Source: Oscillospiraceae bacterium
Lineage (GTDB): Bacteria; Bacillota; Clostridia; Oscillospirales; Oscillospiraceae
Assembly: GCA_017397835.1 (NCBI GenBank)
Contig: JAFQHV010000007.1
Span: forward strand, 9,962-73,961
Length of the DNA stretch: 64,000 nt
Reading direction: 5' to 3'
Below, piece by piece: positions 1 to 8,600 of this stretch; the first letter of the stretch is position 1, and every line of letters starts with the position of its first letter. A model generated the notes under the pieces. That model saw only the letters and a program-made list of their open reading frames with translations, was not told the DNA's origin and did no database searches. Position numbers and translations under genes: made by a program.

Positions 1-47
1 CGAAAGCTGATTTCAAAGATTTATCAGGCAAAGGAAGCACAGCAGGT

Positions 48-773
48 ATGAAACTGATCATCATTCGCCACGGCGATCCCAACTATGAACTGGACACCCT
101 GACTCCCGGCGGGTGGGAGGAAGCGGAACTGCTGGCCGAGCGCATCAGCAGGCTGGACGTGAAGAACTTTTACGTTTCGCCTTTGGGGCGCGCCCGGGAC
201 ACTGCTTCCGTTACTCTGAAAAAGATGGGCCGCACAGCCGAGACTATGGACTGGCTGCGGGAGTTTCCCATCAACGTCATCAAGCCGGGGGAAACGGAGG
301 AAGATGTCCTGTGGGACTGGAAACCTGCCGACTGGACGGCCGTGCCGGAGTTCTATGACCCGGACAAGTGGCAGGATGTCCCCATCTTTGCCGCGGCCAA
401 CGTGCGTGAGGGCATCCAAAAGGTGAAAGATGGTTTGGATGAACTGCTTGCCAAACACGGCTATGTGCGCCACGGCCTGTACTATAACGCGGAACGGGCC
501 AACGAGGATACCATCGTGTTTTTCTGCCACTTCGGTCTGGAATGCGTGCTGCTGGGCCATCTGCTGAACGTGTCGCCCATGATTTTGTGGCACGGCTTCT
601 GTGCCGCGCCCACCTCGGTGACCACCATCTACACCGAAGAGCGCAGGGAGGGGCAGGCCAGCTTCCGTGTGGCGGCATTCGGCGATGTGTCCCACCTCTA
701 TGTGGCTGATCGGGAACCGGCCTTTTCCGCCCGCTTCTGCGAAACCTTTGCCAACAAGGAGCAACTGCATTGA
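48..773 (+). CDS. Histidine phosphatase family protein (phosphoglycerate-mutase-like)
   Basis: 241-aa ORF with the N-terminal 'IIRHGDP' RHG catalytic motif of the histidine phosphatase superfamily. An SD-like AAGGAAG lies upstream and a hairpin terminator follows. Confidence 0.75.
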   Translation: MKLIIIRHGDPNYELDTLTPGGWEEAELLAERISRLDVKNFYVSPLGRARDTASVTLKKMGRTAETMDWLREFPINVIKPGETEEDVLWDWKPADWTAVPEFYDPDKWQDVPIFAAANVREGIQKVKDGLDELLAKHGYVRHGLYYNAERANEDTIVFFCHFGLECVLLGHLLNVSPMILWHGFCAAPTSVTTIYTEERREGQASFRVAAFGDVSHLYVADREPAFSARFCETFANKEQLH

Positions 774-776
774 CAG

Positions 777-807
777 AAAACGCCCCTCCGAAGGGAGGGG
801 CGTTTTT
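777..807. terminator. Bidirectional intrinsic terminator between convergent genes
   Basis: AAAACGCCCCTCC-GAAG-GGAGGGGCGTTTT: perfect GC-rich stem flanked by an A-run and a T-run. It overlaps the sigG stop codon. Confidence 0.8.
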
Positions 808-1576
808 ACATACCTTTTCGTATTTGAGCTAACGCGCCCTTTTCCAGGCGCGATACCTGTGCCTGCGAAATGCCGATCTCCTGCGATACCTCGATTTGGG
901 TCTTGCCCTGGTAAAAGCGCAAATTCAAAATGTTGCGTTCACGCTCGGTCAGGTGAGAGATGGCATCCTTTAATGCGATTTGTTCCAGCCACAGCTCGTC
1001 TGTGTTTTTGGTATCACGCACCTGATCCATCACGCACAGGGAGTCGCCGCTGTCGGAATAGACCGGTTCATACAGGGAGATGGGTTCGCTGATGGCATCC
1101 AAAGCGAAGACGATATCCTCGCGGGGGATATCAAGAATGGCGGCGATCTGTTCAATGGTCGGTTCCCGCTGATGCTGGGCAATGTAAGCCTCCTTGGCCT
1201 GCAGGACACGGTAGGCGGTGTCCCGCATGGCGCGGGAGACCCGTACCGCGCTGTTGTCCCGCAGGTAGCGGCGGATCTCGCCCACGATCATGGGAACGCC
1301 GTAGGTGGAAAAACGCACGTCCAGATCGGTGTTAAAGTTGTCAATTGCTTTGATCAGGCCGATACAGCCGACCTGAAACAGGTCGTCCACGTGCTCACCG
1401 CGATTGACAAAGCGCTGGATGATGGAAAGCACCAGCCGCAGGTTTCCCTGTATCAGCTGTTCACGGGCAGCGCTGTCGCCCTGTTTGGCCCGCAGAAGAA
1501 GCTGGCGGGTCTCTTCGCTTTTCAATACGGGTAATCGTGCGGTGTTGACTCCGCACAGGTCTACTTTGTTCAGCAT
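806..1576 (-). CDS. sigG: RNA polymerase sporulation sigma factor SigG
   Basis: 256 aa. The N-terminus 'NKVDLCGVNTARLPVLKSEE', 'GNLRLVLSIIQRF', 'DLFQVGCIGLIKAIDNF' and C-terminal 'GISQAQVSRLEK' match the SigG/SigF-type sigma-70 pattern, and the N-terminus is SigG-like. A GGGAGGG SD is present. Confidence 0.85.
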   Translation of the reverse strand: MLNKVDLCGVNTARLPVLKSEETRQLLLRAKQGDSAAREQLIQGNLRLVLSIIQRFVNRGEHVDDLFQVGCIGLIKAIDNFNTDLDVRFSTYGVPMIVGEIRRYLRDNSAVRVSRAMRDTAYRVLQAKEAYIAQHQREPTIEQIAAILDIPREDIVFALDAISEPISLYEPVYSDSGDSLCVMDQVRDTKNTDELWLEQIALKDAISHLTERERNILNLRFYQGKTQIEVSQEIGISQAQVSRLEKGALAQIRKGM

Positions 1577-1607
1577 TGGTTAGCCCTCCCGCCGAGTTAC
1601 TGAAATC

Positions 1608-1636
1608 AGTATTTCCCCGAGGGTGGCTTTCATACG
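1608..1636 (-). promoter_or_regulatory. Candidate forespore-type (sigma-F/G-like) promoter upstream of sigG
   Basis: The minus strand reads GTATG-N13-GGGGAAATACT about 30 nt upstream of the sigG SD. It resembles the GTATA / GGnnAnAnT forespore promoter pattern. Match by eye only. Confidence 0.3.
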
Positions 1637-1702
1637 GCGGCAGGTAGGGTGAAATTTTTATTTGTAAGACCGGTTTCGATGGAAAAATCCCACCGGGAGC
1701 AG

Positions 1703-1732
1703 GCATATGGGACGACCCTGTTTCCATACAGT
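1703..1732 (+). promoter_or_regulatory. Candidate mother-cell-type (sigma-E-like) promoter for the ylmC/ymxH-like gene
   Basis: GCATATG-N15-CATACAGT. The -10 element matches the sigma-E CATACAnT consensus and the -35 contains ATAT. It lies about 30 nt upstream of the GTG start. Confidence 0.4.
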
Positions 1733-1764
1733 GTAAGGAGTATAAGGGGAGAGGAGTAATACCT

Positions 1765-2052
1765 GTGCGGTTGAGTGACTTGAAGATCAAAGAGGTCATC
1801 GGAATCAACAACGGAAACCGGTTTGGATATGTGTGTGATGCAGAGTTGGACCAACTGACCGGTCAGGTCAGGGGACTGGTTATACCGGGGCGACTGAAAC
1901 TGTTTGGACTGTTGGGCAGGGAAAAGCCGACGGTGATCCCGTGGCAGGCCGTCCGACAGTTTGGGGAGGACACGTTACTGGTGGATTTGGAGCGTATTGG
2001 CCCGATTGAACGGGAGAAACCGGTGGAATCGGCATTATGGCAAGAAAAATAA
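1765..2052 (+). CDS. YlmC/YmxH family sporulation protein (PRC-barrel)
   Basis: 95 aa with a GTG start after a GGGGAGAGGAG SD. 'LSDLKIKEVIGINNGNRFGYVCDAELD...G.V..LVIPG' is the typical YlmC/YmxH pattern. Confidence 0.75.
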   Translation: MRLSDLKIKEVIGINNGNRFGYVCDAELDQLTGQVRGLVIPGRLKLFGLLGREKPTVIPWQAVRQFGEDTLLVDLERIGPIEREKPVESALWQEK

Positions 2053-2072
2053 AATATTTTTTGGAAAAACAC

Positions 2073-2101
2073 TTGCAATTTGAACTTCGTTATGGTAACA
2101 T
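2073..2101 (+). promoter_or_regulatory. Sigma-A-type promoter for rplS
   Basis: TTGCAA-17 nt-TAACAT, about 100 nt upstream of the rplS start. Confidence 0.5.
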
Positions 2102-2107
2102 CTCTAG

Positions 2108-2204
2108 GTCTGAATAAAGGGTGATCCTCTGCGGTGTGCCGACGAGAGTGAATGCGGCACGAAACAACCGGTATGAACGCCTATAAAAACAGGAGGAAAT
2201 TACC
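2108..2204 (+). promoter_or_regulatory. Structured 5' leader of rplS (possible L19-leader-type autoregulatory element)
   Basis: About 95-nt untranslated leader containing the hairpin GTGCCG-N12-CGGCAC just upstream of the SD. L19 leaders are known in Firmicutes. No covariance model was run. Confidence 0.3.
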
Positions 2205-2546
2205 ATGGATCTGATGAAAGCATTCACCGAAAAGCACCTGAAGGCCGAGGCCCCTGCCGCCCAAATCGGCGACACCGTCCGCGTCCACATCCGCGTGAAG
2301 GAAGGCAACCGCGAGCGTACCCAGATTTTTGAGGGTACTGTCATTGCCAAGAAGCACGGCGGCATTGAGGAGACCATCACCGTTCGCCGCGTGTCCTACG
2401 GCGTCGGCGTTGAGAAGGTGTTCCCCATCCACGCTCCCTCTCTGGAGAAGATCGAGCTGGTTCGTCACGGCAAGGCCCGCCGTGCCAAGCTGTACTACCT
2501 GCGCGGCCGCGTGGGCAAGGCTGCTAAGCTGCAGGAGAAGCTGTAA
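2205..2546 (+). CDS. rplS: 50S ribosomal protein L19
   Basis: 113 aa. '[32 protein letters not shown]' and 'RRAKLYYLR' are hallmark L19 sequences. Confidence 0.97.
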   Translation: MDLMKAFTEKHLKAEAPAAQIGDTVRVHIRVKEGNRERTQIFEGTVIAKKHGGIEETITVRRVSYGVGVEKVFPIHAPSLEKIELVRHGKARRAKLYYLRGRVGKAAKLQEKL

Positions 2547-2558
2547 TTTATCGAAAAA

Positions 2559-2586
2559 ATCCGCCTCGACAGAGGCGGATTTTTTA
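2559..2586 (+). terminator. Intrinsic terminator after rplS
   Basis: ATCCGCCTC-GACA-GAGGCGGAT followed by TTTTT. Confidence 0.85.
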
Positions 2587-2606
2587 TACCTTTTACATTG
2601 TTTTCG

Positions 2607-2635
2607 TTGGCATTTCTGTGTTTGTGTGCTATAAT
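2607..2635 (+). promoter_or_regulatory. Strong sigma-A-type promoter (extended -10)
   Basis: TTGGCA-17 nt-TATAAT with TGc immediately upstream of the -10. It lies about 40 nt before the SGNH hydrolase gene. Confidence 0.65.
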
Positions 2636-2676
2636 GACTCCAAGCGACTACCTATGTAAAAAAGGAGCAGATCATT

Positions 2677-3321
2677 ATGAAACTGGAAGGTGCAAAAATT
2701 AATTTTTTGGGTGACAGCATTACCGAGGGGTACGGCGTTTCCAACCCGGAAAAGCTGGTCTGGCACCAGCTGATCAAGCGGGATCACGGTCTGGCGCAGG
2801 CCAACAACTACGGTGTCAGCGGTACCCGTATCGCCCGGCGTACGCAGCCCTATTTGCCTACCCCTGTTTATGACGTTACCTTCGAGATGCGTGCCGAGAT
2901 CATGAGTCGGGACGTGGATGCGGTGGTCGTGTTTGGCGGCGTCAATGATTTCGGCCACGGTGACGCCCATTTCGGCGACGTGAACAGCGACAGCGAGGAT
3001 ATCTACACCTTCTGCGGCGCGCTGAACAGCCTGATCTCCAAGCTCAAGCGGGACTTCCCCAAGGCGGAGTTGGTGTTCCTGACCTCCCTGCATTATATTT
3101 GTGAGAATGAGCCCGACCAGCCGGATGGCAAGCTCCTTGTGGATTATGTAGAGGCTATCCGCACCATCTGCGCCAAACGCGAGGTGAAGATCATCGACCT
3201 GTTTGCAATCAATCCCTTGGACTGCACCGATGCATCTCTGGTGCCTGACGGCCTGCATCCCAACGATGCCGGTCACGCCGTTATGGCCAAGGTCATTGCC
3301 GAGGAACTGATGAAACTGTAA
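2677..3321 (+). CDS. SGNH/GDSL hydrolase family protein
   Basis: 214 aa with the 'FLGDSITEG' block I serine motif and the 'DGLHPN' DxxH block V. Confidence 0.85.
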   Translation: MKLEGAKINFLGDSITEGYGVSNPEKLVWHQLIKRDHGLAQANNYGVSGTRIARRTQPYLPTPVYDVTFEMRAEIMSRDVDAVVVFGGVNDFGHGDAHFGDVNSDSEDIYTFCGALNSLISKLKRDFPKAELVFLTSLHYICENEPDQPDGKLLVDYVEAIRTICAKREVKIIDLFAINPLDCTDASLVPDGLHPNDAGHAVMAKVIAEELMKL

Positions 3322-3338
3322 GAACGCGAGGAAATCAC

Positions 3339-3965
3339 ATGAAACGTACCGAGTACACAGAGGGTTACGAGTTTTCCTTTGTCGCCTATACCGGCACGGA
3401 AATGAATGAAAAGCGACCCCTTATTATTCAGCTGCACGGCGCAGGAGAGCGTGGCAACGGCAAGGACGAACTGCAGTTGGTGGACAAGCATGGCTTTTCC
3501 AAGTACCTGAAGGAAGCGGAACATGATTGCGTTGTGGTTATGCCCCAGTGCCCGGCAGACAGCTTTTGGGCGGCACGGGTGGAATCCATCGTGCGCTTTG
3601 TGGGGCAAATGATCGAGAAGTTCCATGCCGATCCCGACCGGGTATGCCTGACCGGCCTGAGCATGGGCGGCTACGGCACGTGGTTCACGGCCATGGCGCG
3701 CCCTGACCTGTTTGCGGCCATTGCCCCGGTTTGCGGTGGCGGTATGGCGTGGAATGCCGGGGTGCTGACCATGCCTATCTGGACCTGTCATGGAGCCAAG
3801 GACGAAACCGTCAGTGTCAACCAGACCGAAGAGATGGTGGCGGCACTGCGCGCTCTGGGCAGAGATGTTACCTACGAGCGGCTGGAGGATTATGGCCACA
3901 ATGCGTGGGACTATGCCTATACGGAGCGGCTGATGAACTGGCTGCTGAGCAAGAAGAGGGGATAA
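3339..3965 (+). CDS. Alpha/beta hydrolase (carboxylesterase / prolyl-oligopeptidase-like esterase)
   Basis: 208 aa with 'QLHGAGERG', the nucleophile elbow 'GLSMGGYG', 'HGAKDETV' and 'YGHNAW' (Ser-Asp-His arrangement). Confidence 0.75.
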   Translation: MKRTEYTEGYEFSFVAYTGTEMNEKRPLIIQLHGAGERGNGKDELQLVDKHGFSKYLKEAEHDCVVVMPQCPADSFWAARVESIVRFVGQMIEKFHADPDRVCLTGLSMGGYGTWFTAMARPDLFAAIAPVCGGGMAWNAGVLTMPIWTCHGAKDETVSVNQTEEMVAALRALGRDVTYERLEDYGHNAWDYAYTERLMNWLLSKKRG

Positions 3966-3967
3966 CA

Positions 3968-4768
3968 GTGGGGACCAAATCAGTTATCGCGTTTTGGTAC
4001 AAGAAGCTGAACTTTCCCGCGCGTTACGATGCGGAATTTTATCGCGCGTTGGAAGAAATCGAGATTCCTGCCGACAGTAAGCTGGAAGACTATGACCCCA
4101 AGTGCGGGGACGGCAAGCGAAATCTGCTGGCCTATCTGTACTTTTGCGAGGAACTCAAGCGCCGCTATGAGGAGAAGGAGATCGGCGAGGACATCCTGCT
4201 GGACACCCTGAGTGATCTTGTGGTCTGGACGGACGTGTGGAGTGAGTTGAAGGGTGAGCTGTGGCTGAGTGAATTGTACTGGCTGAACTATCACCTGGGG
4301 ATGCGGCTGTTCAAGCTGGGTCGACTGCAGTTCTGCCTGGGCAAGGCCAAGCACGATGTGCCCACCCACAACCTTGCTAAGGGTGACCCTGTGGTAGAGG
4401 TACATATTCAGGCGGTAGGACCCCTGAAGCAAGAGGATTGCGTTGCCTCCGTTGCCCGCGCCCGGGACTTTTTTGCAACCTACTACCCGGAGCACGCCTA
4501 CAAATGCTTTACCTGCCACTCCTGGCTGATGGACAAAAAACTGGATGAGGTCCTGTCCCCGGACAGCAACATCATTCGCTTCCGCGATCTGTTTGACATT
4601 GTCCACCAGCAGCCGTCCGATGCTATTCTGAAGTACGTCTTCAAATGGGACACCACGGCAGAAAGGCTGGCGGAAACGCCTGCCGTCTCCGGTTTTGCCC
4701 GGCGGGTGAAGGAACGCCGGCTGGCGGGAGAAATGTTCAACGAGTCGTTTGGTATCCTGAAAGAATGA
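3968..4768 (+). CDS. Acyltransferase-domain family protein (GNAT-like C-terminal domain family), function unknown
   Basis: GTG start 2 nt after the previous stop, with a GAGGGG SD. The longer 3731 ORF overlaps the esterase gene and is rejected. 'LGRLQF...CHSWLM...SNIIRF' resembles the uncharacterised acyltransferase family (from memory only). Confidence 0.5.
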   Translation: MGTKSVIAFWYKKLNFPARYDAEFYRALEEIEIPADSKLEDYDPKCGDGKRNLLAYLYFCEELKRRYEEKEIGEDILLDTLSDLVVWTDVWSELKGELWLSELYWLNYHLGMRLFKLGRLQFCLGKAKHDVPTHNLAKGDPVVEVHIQAVGPLKQEDCVASVARARDFFATYYPEHAYKCFTCHSWLMDKKLDEVLSPDSNIIRFRDLFDIVHQQPSDAILKYVFKWDTTAERLAETPAVSGFARRVKERRLAGEMFNESFGILKE

Positions 4769-4793
4769 TTTTCCTAGAAAGGAAGGCAATCTT

Positions 4794-5336
4794 ATGAAAA
4801 ATCCTGACTTGAAAATTAAAAAGCTGGTCCGCGCCGCGCTGCTGCTTGCGGTTGGAATGGTGCTGCCTTTTCTGACCATGCAGAACGCAGACTTGGGCAA
4901 TGCGCTGCTGCCCATGCATTTGCCGGTCATGCTGTGTGGCTATCTGTGCGGCGGTTGGTACGGACTGGCGGTGGGCGCGATTTTGCCGTTTTTGCGCTCG
5001 GTGTGCTTTGGCATGCCCAGTCCCATGTATCCCCGGGCTGTCTGGATGGCGGTAGAGCTGGCTACCTATGGCGCGGTGACCGGTTTCCTGTACAAGGGGT
5101 TCTTTAAGAAAAAGCTGTGGTGGCTGTACGGCAGCCTGCTTTCTGCCATGGTTGCGGGCCGGATCCTGTACGGGATCGTGAAGTGGGCCCTGCTGCTGGA
5201 AAGCAAGAACCCGCTTACCATGGAAGTGTTTATTGCCGGTGCGGTCGTTGAGGCGCTGCCCGGAATCGTGCTGCAGCTTGTGCTGGTCCCCGTTATCGTG
5301 AAGGCAATTGAGAAGTGGGAGAACAGAGGAGCATGA
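4794..5336 (+). CDS. ECF-transporter S-component-like integral membrane protein
   Basis: 180 aa and strongly hydrophobic, with about 5-6 predicted helices. It has the 'LPMHLPVMLCGYLCG' motif typical of ECF S-components. No ECF A/T genes are in the window. Confidence 0.6.
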   Translation: MKNPDLKIKKLVRAALLLAVGMVLPFLTMQNADLGNALLPMHLPVMLCGYLCGGWYGLAVGAILPFLRSVCFGMPSPMYPRAVWMAVELATYGAVTGFLYKGFFKKKLWWLYGSLLSAMVAGRILYGIVKWALLLESKNPLTMEVFIAGAVVEALPGIVLQLVLVPVIVKAIEKWENRGA

Positions 5337-6610
5337 GAGAAATTGCATTCCCCTACGGAAAAGAGAAGCTGACCTGCCGCTTTGCGGAACAGGAACTGGC
5401 GGGGGTTCTGACCTCTGCCATTGAGGAGTACGAGCCTGAGGCGGACGAGGTGGAGCTGGTTCACCGTGCCATGCAGGCGCCCACCGGCTCCAAGCGGCTG
5501 TGTGAGCTGGCGGAGGGCAAGCAGAAGGTGGTCATCATCGCCAGCGACCACACTCGTCCGGTACCCAGCAAGGTGATTATTCCCGCTATGTTGGCCGAGA
5601 TCCGCCAGGGCAACCCCAACGCGGACATTACCATTCTGATCGCTACCGGCTGCCACAGAGGGACTACAAAGGAAGAACTGGTGTCCAAGTTCGGACAGGA
5701 GATTGTGGATAAGGAGCGTATCTATGTCCACGACTGCGACGAGCGGGAAAAGCTTGTCAGTATCGGCACACTGCCCTCCGGCGGCGATTGCGAGATCAAC
5801 ACCATCGCCATGCAGGCGGACCTGCTGGTGGCGGAGGGATTTATTGAGCCCCACTTCTTTGCCGGTTTTTCCGGCGGCAGAAAAAGCGTTCTGCCCGGTG
5901 TGGCCGGTCGAGGCACAGTACTGGCCAACCATTGCGCGGAATTTATTGCCCATGATAACGCCCGCACCGGCGTATTGCTGAATAACCCCATCCATGAGGA
6001 TATGCTGTGGGCGGCCAAGCAGGCAAAGCTTCAGTACATTGTCAACGTGGTACTCAACGCCGAGAAGCAGGTGATTTACGCCGTGGCCGGTGACGTGGAG
6101 CAGGCGCACAAGAAGGGGACGGACTTTCTCGCCTCCCTGTGCGGTGCGCAGGCGGTGCCGGCGGATATCGTAATCTCTACCAATGGCGGGTATCCTCTGG
6201 ATCAGAACGTATATCAGGCGGTCAAGGGTATGACGGCGGCGGAGGCTACGGTGAAGGAAGGCGGCGTGATCATCATGGTTGCCCGGTGCAACGACGGCAT
6301 CGGCGGCGACCACTTCTACCACCAGCTGGCGGACGAGCGGGACATCGAAAAGACGATGCAGACCTTCCTGAACCGTGGACGAAATGAAACGGTGCCCGAC
6401 CAGTGGCAGACCCAGATCATGCTGCGGGTGCTGATGCGCGCCCGGGTGATTTTCGTTTCCGAAATGGCCGATGAACTGGTGGAGCAGATGCACATGATCC
6501 CGGCTCGTTCCGTGGAGGAAGCCCTGAAAAAAGCAAAGGGATTGCTGAACAAGCAAAACCCGACCATTACCGCCATTCCGGACGGTGTTTCGGTGGTGGT
6601 TCAGAAATAA
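5333..6610 (+). CDS. larA: Nickel-pincer-cofactor-dependent lactate racemase family protein (LarA homolog)
   Basis: ATG at 5333 overlaps the upstream stop (ATGA) after an AGAGGAG SD. It carries 'SDHTRPVPS', 'ATGCHRG', 'EPHFFAGFSGGRKSVLPG' and 'LANH', which match the LarA substrate/cofactor motifs. Confidence 0.85.
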   Translation: MREIAFPYGKEKLTCRFAEQELAGVLTSAIEEYEPEADEVELVHRAMQAPTGSKRLCELAEGKQKVVIIASDHTRPVPSKVIIPAMLAEIRQGNPNADITILIATGCHRGTTKEELVSKFGQEIVDKERIYVHDCDEREKLVSIGTLPSGGDCEINTIAMQADLLVAEGFIEPHFFAGFSGGRKSVLPGVAGRGTVLANHCAEFIAHDNARTGVLLNNPIHEDMLWAAKQAKLQYIVNVVLNAEKQVIYAVAGDVEQAHKKGTDFLASLCGAQAVPADIVISTNGGYPLDQNVYQAVKGMTAAEATVKEGGVIIMVARCNDGIGGDHFYHQLADERDIEKTMQTFLNRGRNETVPDQWQTQIMLRVLMRARVIFVSEMADELVEQMHMIPARSVEEALKKAKGLLNKQNPTITAIPDGVSVVVQK

Positions 6611-6633
6611 CGAACGAGCAGGAGGGATGCACC

Positions 6634-7533
6634 GTGAATATTCAATGGTATCCCGGACACATGACAAAGACCCGCCGACAGATCGAGGCGGACCTGAAAC
6701 TGGTTGACATTGTGGTGGAGATCATTGATGCCCGCATCCCGGTTTCCAGCCGCAATCCCGATATTGACCGCATCGTGGGGGACAAACCCCGCCTTGTGGT
6801 GCTAAACCGCGCCGATCAGGCTGACCCGGACAGCAACCGGCAGTGGACGGAGCGGTTCAAGGCGCAAGGGTGGACCGTGCTGGAAACCGATGCCAAGACC
6901 GGAGCGGGTGTCAACCGCTTTTCTCAGGTGGTGCAGCTGGCGCTGAAGGACCAAATCGCCCGCTGGCGGGAAAAGGGGCAGGTGGGCCGACCGGTTCGCG
7001 CCATGGTGGTGGGTGTACCCAACGTGGGAAAATCCACCTTTATCAACAAGGTTGCCAAACGCAAATCTGCCAAGGCGAGCGACCGCCCCGGTGTGACCCG
7101 TGGCAAGCAGTGGGTCAACGTGGATGCCACGCTCGACCTGCTGGACACCCCCGGTATCCTGTGGCCTAAGTTTGAGGACGAACGCACTGGCATCCACCTT
7201 GCCTTTACCGGCGCGGTGAAGGACGATATCATGGATATAGAAACGCTGGCCTGCCACCTGATGTGCTTTTTGAGCCGCCGCTACCCCGAGGCGCTGAAGA
7301 ATGGCTATAAGATCACCGTCCTGCCCGAACAGGAGCCGGAGGAGAACGAGGTGGCCTTTGGTTATCGCGTTTTAGAGGCCGCTGCACAAAAACGCGGTAT
7401 GCGCATTTCCGGCGGCGAACTGGACACCGAGCGCATGGCCCGCGTGCTGCTGGATGAATTTCGCGCCGGCAAGCTTGGTCGCTTTACTCTGGAACTGCCG
7501 ATTGATCTGACAGGGGAGGATAAGACCAAATGA
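6634..7533 (+). CDS. rbgA: Ribosome biogenesis GTPase A (YlqF/RbgA)
   Basis: GTG start. 'IQWYPGHM' N-terminus and circularly permuted GTPase motifs 'NRAD' then 'GVPNVGKST'. Confidence 0.95.
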   Translation: MNIQWYPGHMTKTRRQIEADLKLVDIVVEIIDARIPVSSRNPDIDRIVGDKPRLVVLNRADQADPDSNRQWTERFKAQGWTVLETDAKTGAGVNRFSQVVQLALKDQIARWREKGQVGRPVRAMVVGVPNVGKSTFINKVAKRKSAKASDRPGVTRGKQWVNVDATLDLLDTPGILWPKFEDERTGIHLAFTGAVKDDIMDIETLACHLMCFLSRRYPEALKNGYKITVLPEQEPEENEVAFGYRVLEAAAQKRGMRISGGELDTERMARVLLDEFRAGKLGRFTLELPIDLTGEDKTK

Positions 7534-8144
7534 CGGATACCTCCATGTTTGCGTTTGAAGATAAGTATCGCACGCTGGGATATCAGGCTGTCTGTGGTTG
7601 TGACGAGGCGGGAGCAGGTCCCCTGGCGGGCCCTGTGTACGCGGCGGCGGTCGTTTTGCCGCCCGATGCGGATATTCCCGGCCTGAACGACTCCAAAAAG
7701 CTGACCGAGCGTAAGCGGGAACAGTTGTTTCCCGTCATTCAGCAGGTGGCGGTGGCTTGGGCAGTGGCCCGGGTGGAGGCCGAGGAGATCGACGCTACCG
7801 ATATTCTCAGTGCCCGAATAAAAGCCATGCAGCTGGCCATGGGTGCTTTGTCTGTCCGGCCGGATTTTGCCTTGATCGACGGAAACCGGGACAGGGGCCG
7901 CACCGCCGCTATCCTTACGCCCCATGAACTGATCGTGCAGGGGGACAGCCGCAGCGCCAGCATTGCGGCGGCTTCCGTTCTTGCCAAGGTCAGCCGTGAC
8001 CGATGGATGGTGGAAACGGCAAAAGAATATCCCCAGTATCAGTTTGAAAAGCACAAGGGGTACGGAACCAAATTGCACTATGACCTGCTGCGCGAGTACG
8101 GACCCAGTCCCATCCACCGCCGCAGCTTCCTGAAAAACCTGTGA
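7530..8144 (+). CDS. rnhB: Ribonuclease HII
   Basis: 204 aa with 'GCDEAGAGPLAGPV' and 'DSKKL'. ATGA overlap with rbgA. Confidence 0.95.
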   Translation: MTDTSMFAFEDKYRTLGYQAVCGCDEAGAGPLAGPVYAAAVVLPPDADIPGLNDSKKLTERKREQLFPVIQQVAVAWAVARVEAEEIDATDILSARIKAMQLAMGALSVRPDFALIDGNRDRGRTAAILTPHELIVQGDSRSASIAAASVLAKVSRDRWMVETAKEYPQYQFEKHKGYGTKLHYDLLREYGPSPIHRRSFLKNL

Positions 8145-8512
8145 GCGGGGGCGAACGAAAGCTGCTGGGGCGCTGGGGCGAGGCGTTGGCAGCGGAGGCA
8201 TACCGCAAGAAAGGGTGGCGTATCGTCGCATCCGGCTGGTCATGCCGGTTCGGCGAAATCGACCTGATTGCAGAGGATGAAAAGTATATTGCCTTTACAG
8301 AGGTCAAATTGCGGCAGAACGACAGGATCGCTGCTGCCCGTGAATTTGTGGACCGACATAAACAGGAGCGGATTCGCACCTCTGTCCAAATTTACCTTAT
8401 GGAGAATCCCTCTGACCTGCAGCCACGCTTCGACGTGGTGGAGATTTACGCACCGGAAGGTATGCAGACAAGGAAACCGAAGATAACCATACTTGAAAAT
8501 GCTTTTGAATGA
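8141..8512 (+). CDS. YraN family protein (UPF0102, endonuclease-like)
   Basis: 123 aa with 'GEIDLIA...FTEVK' and the conserved position after rnhB. GTGA overlap. Confidence 0.85.
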   Translation: MSGGERKLLGRWGEALAAEAYRKKGWRIVASGWSCRFGEIDLIAEDEKYIAFTEVKLRQNDRIAAAREFVDRHKQERIRTSVQIYLMENPSDLQPRFDVVEIYAPEGMQTRKPKITILENAFE

Positions 8513-8600
8513 CAAGATTTGAGCGTTTCACTCTTGACCTTGAATGGGTTTCCTGCCATAATTACAGATTGATATATCACACAAAGGAACGTGAGTTACC

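Noticed and set aside
5066-6667. 533-aa minus-strand ORF. Similar long antisense ORFs lie at 8577-10142, 13039-14328, 23275-24558, 35447-36454, 39177-40157, 47408-48475, 48538-49587, 58709-60160, 60967-62190 and 62205-63842.
   Set aside because: Each is the mirror frame of a confidently identified gene (larA, thrC, clpX, flavoprotein, polC, ybaK/thioesterase, dapA, asd, hydrolases, ruvB, glmM). None has an SD or a recognisable motif. These are GC-bias artefacts.
8513-8600. Possible T-box or attenuator upstream of thrC.
   Set aside because: The spacer is only 88 nt. It contains a plausible TTGACC-17-CATAAT promoter, no T-box sequence (the AAnnnGGGTGGTACCGCG type) and no terminator/antiterminator pair.
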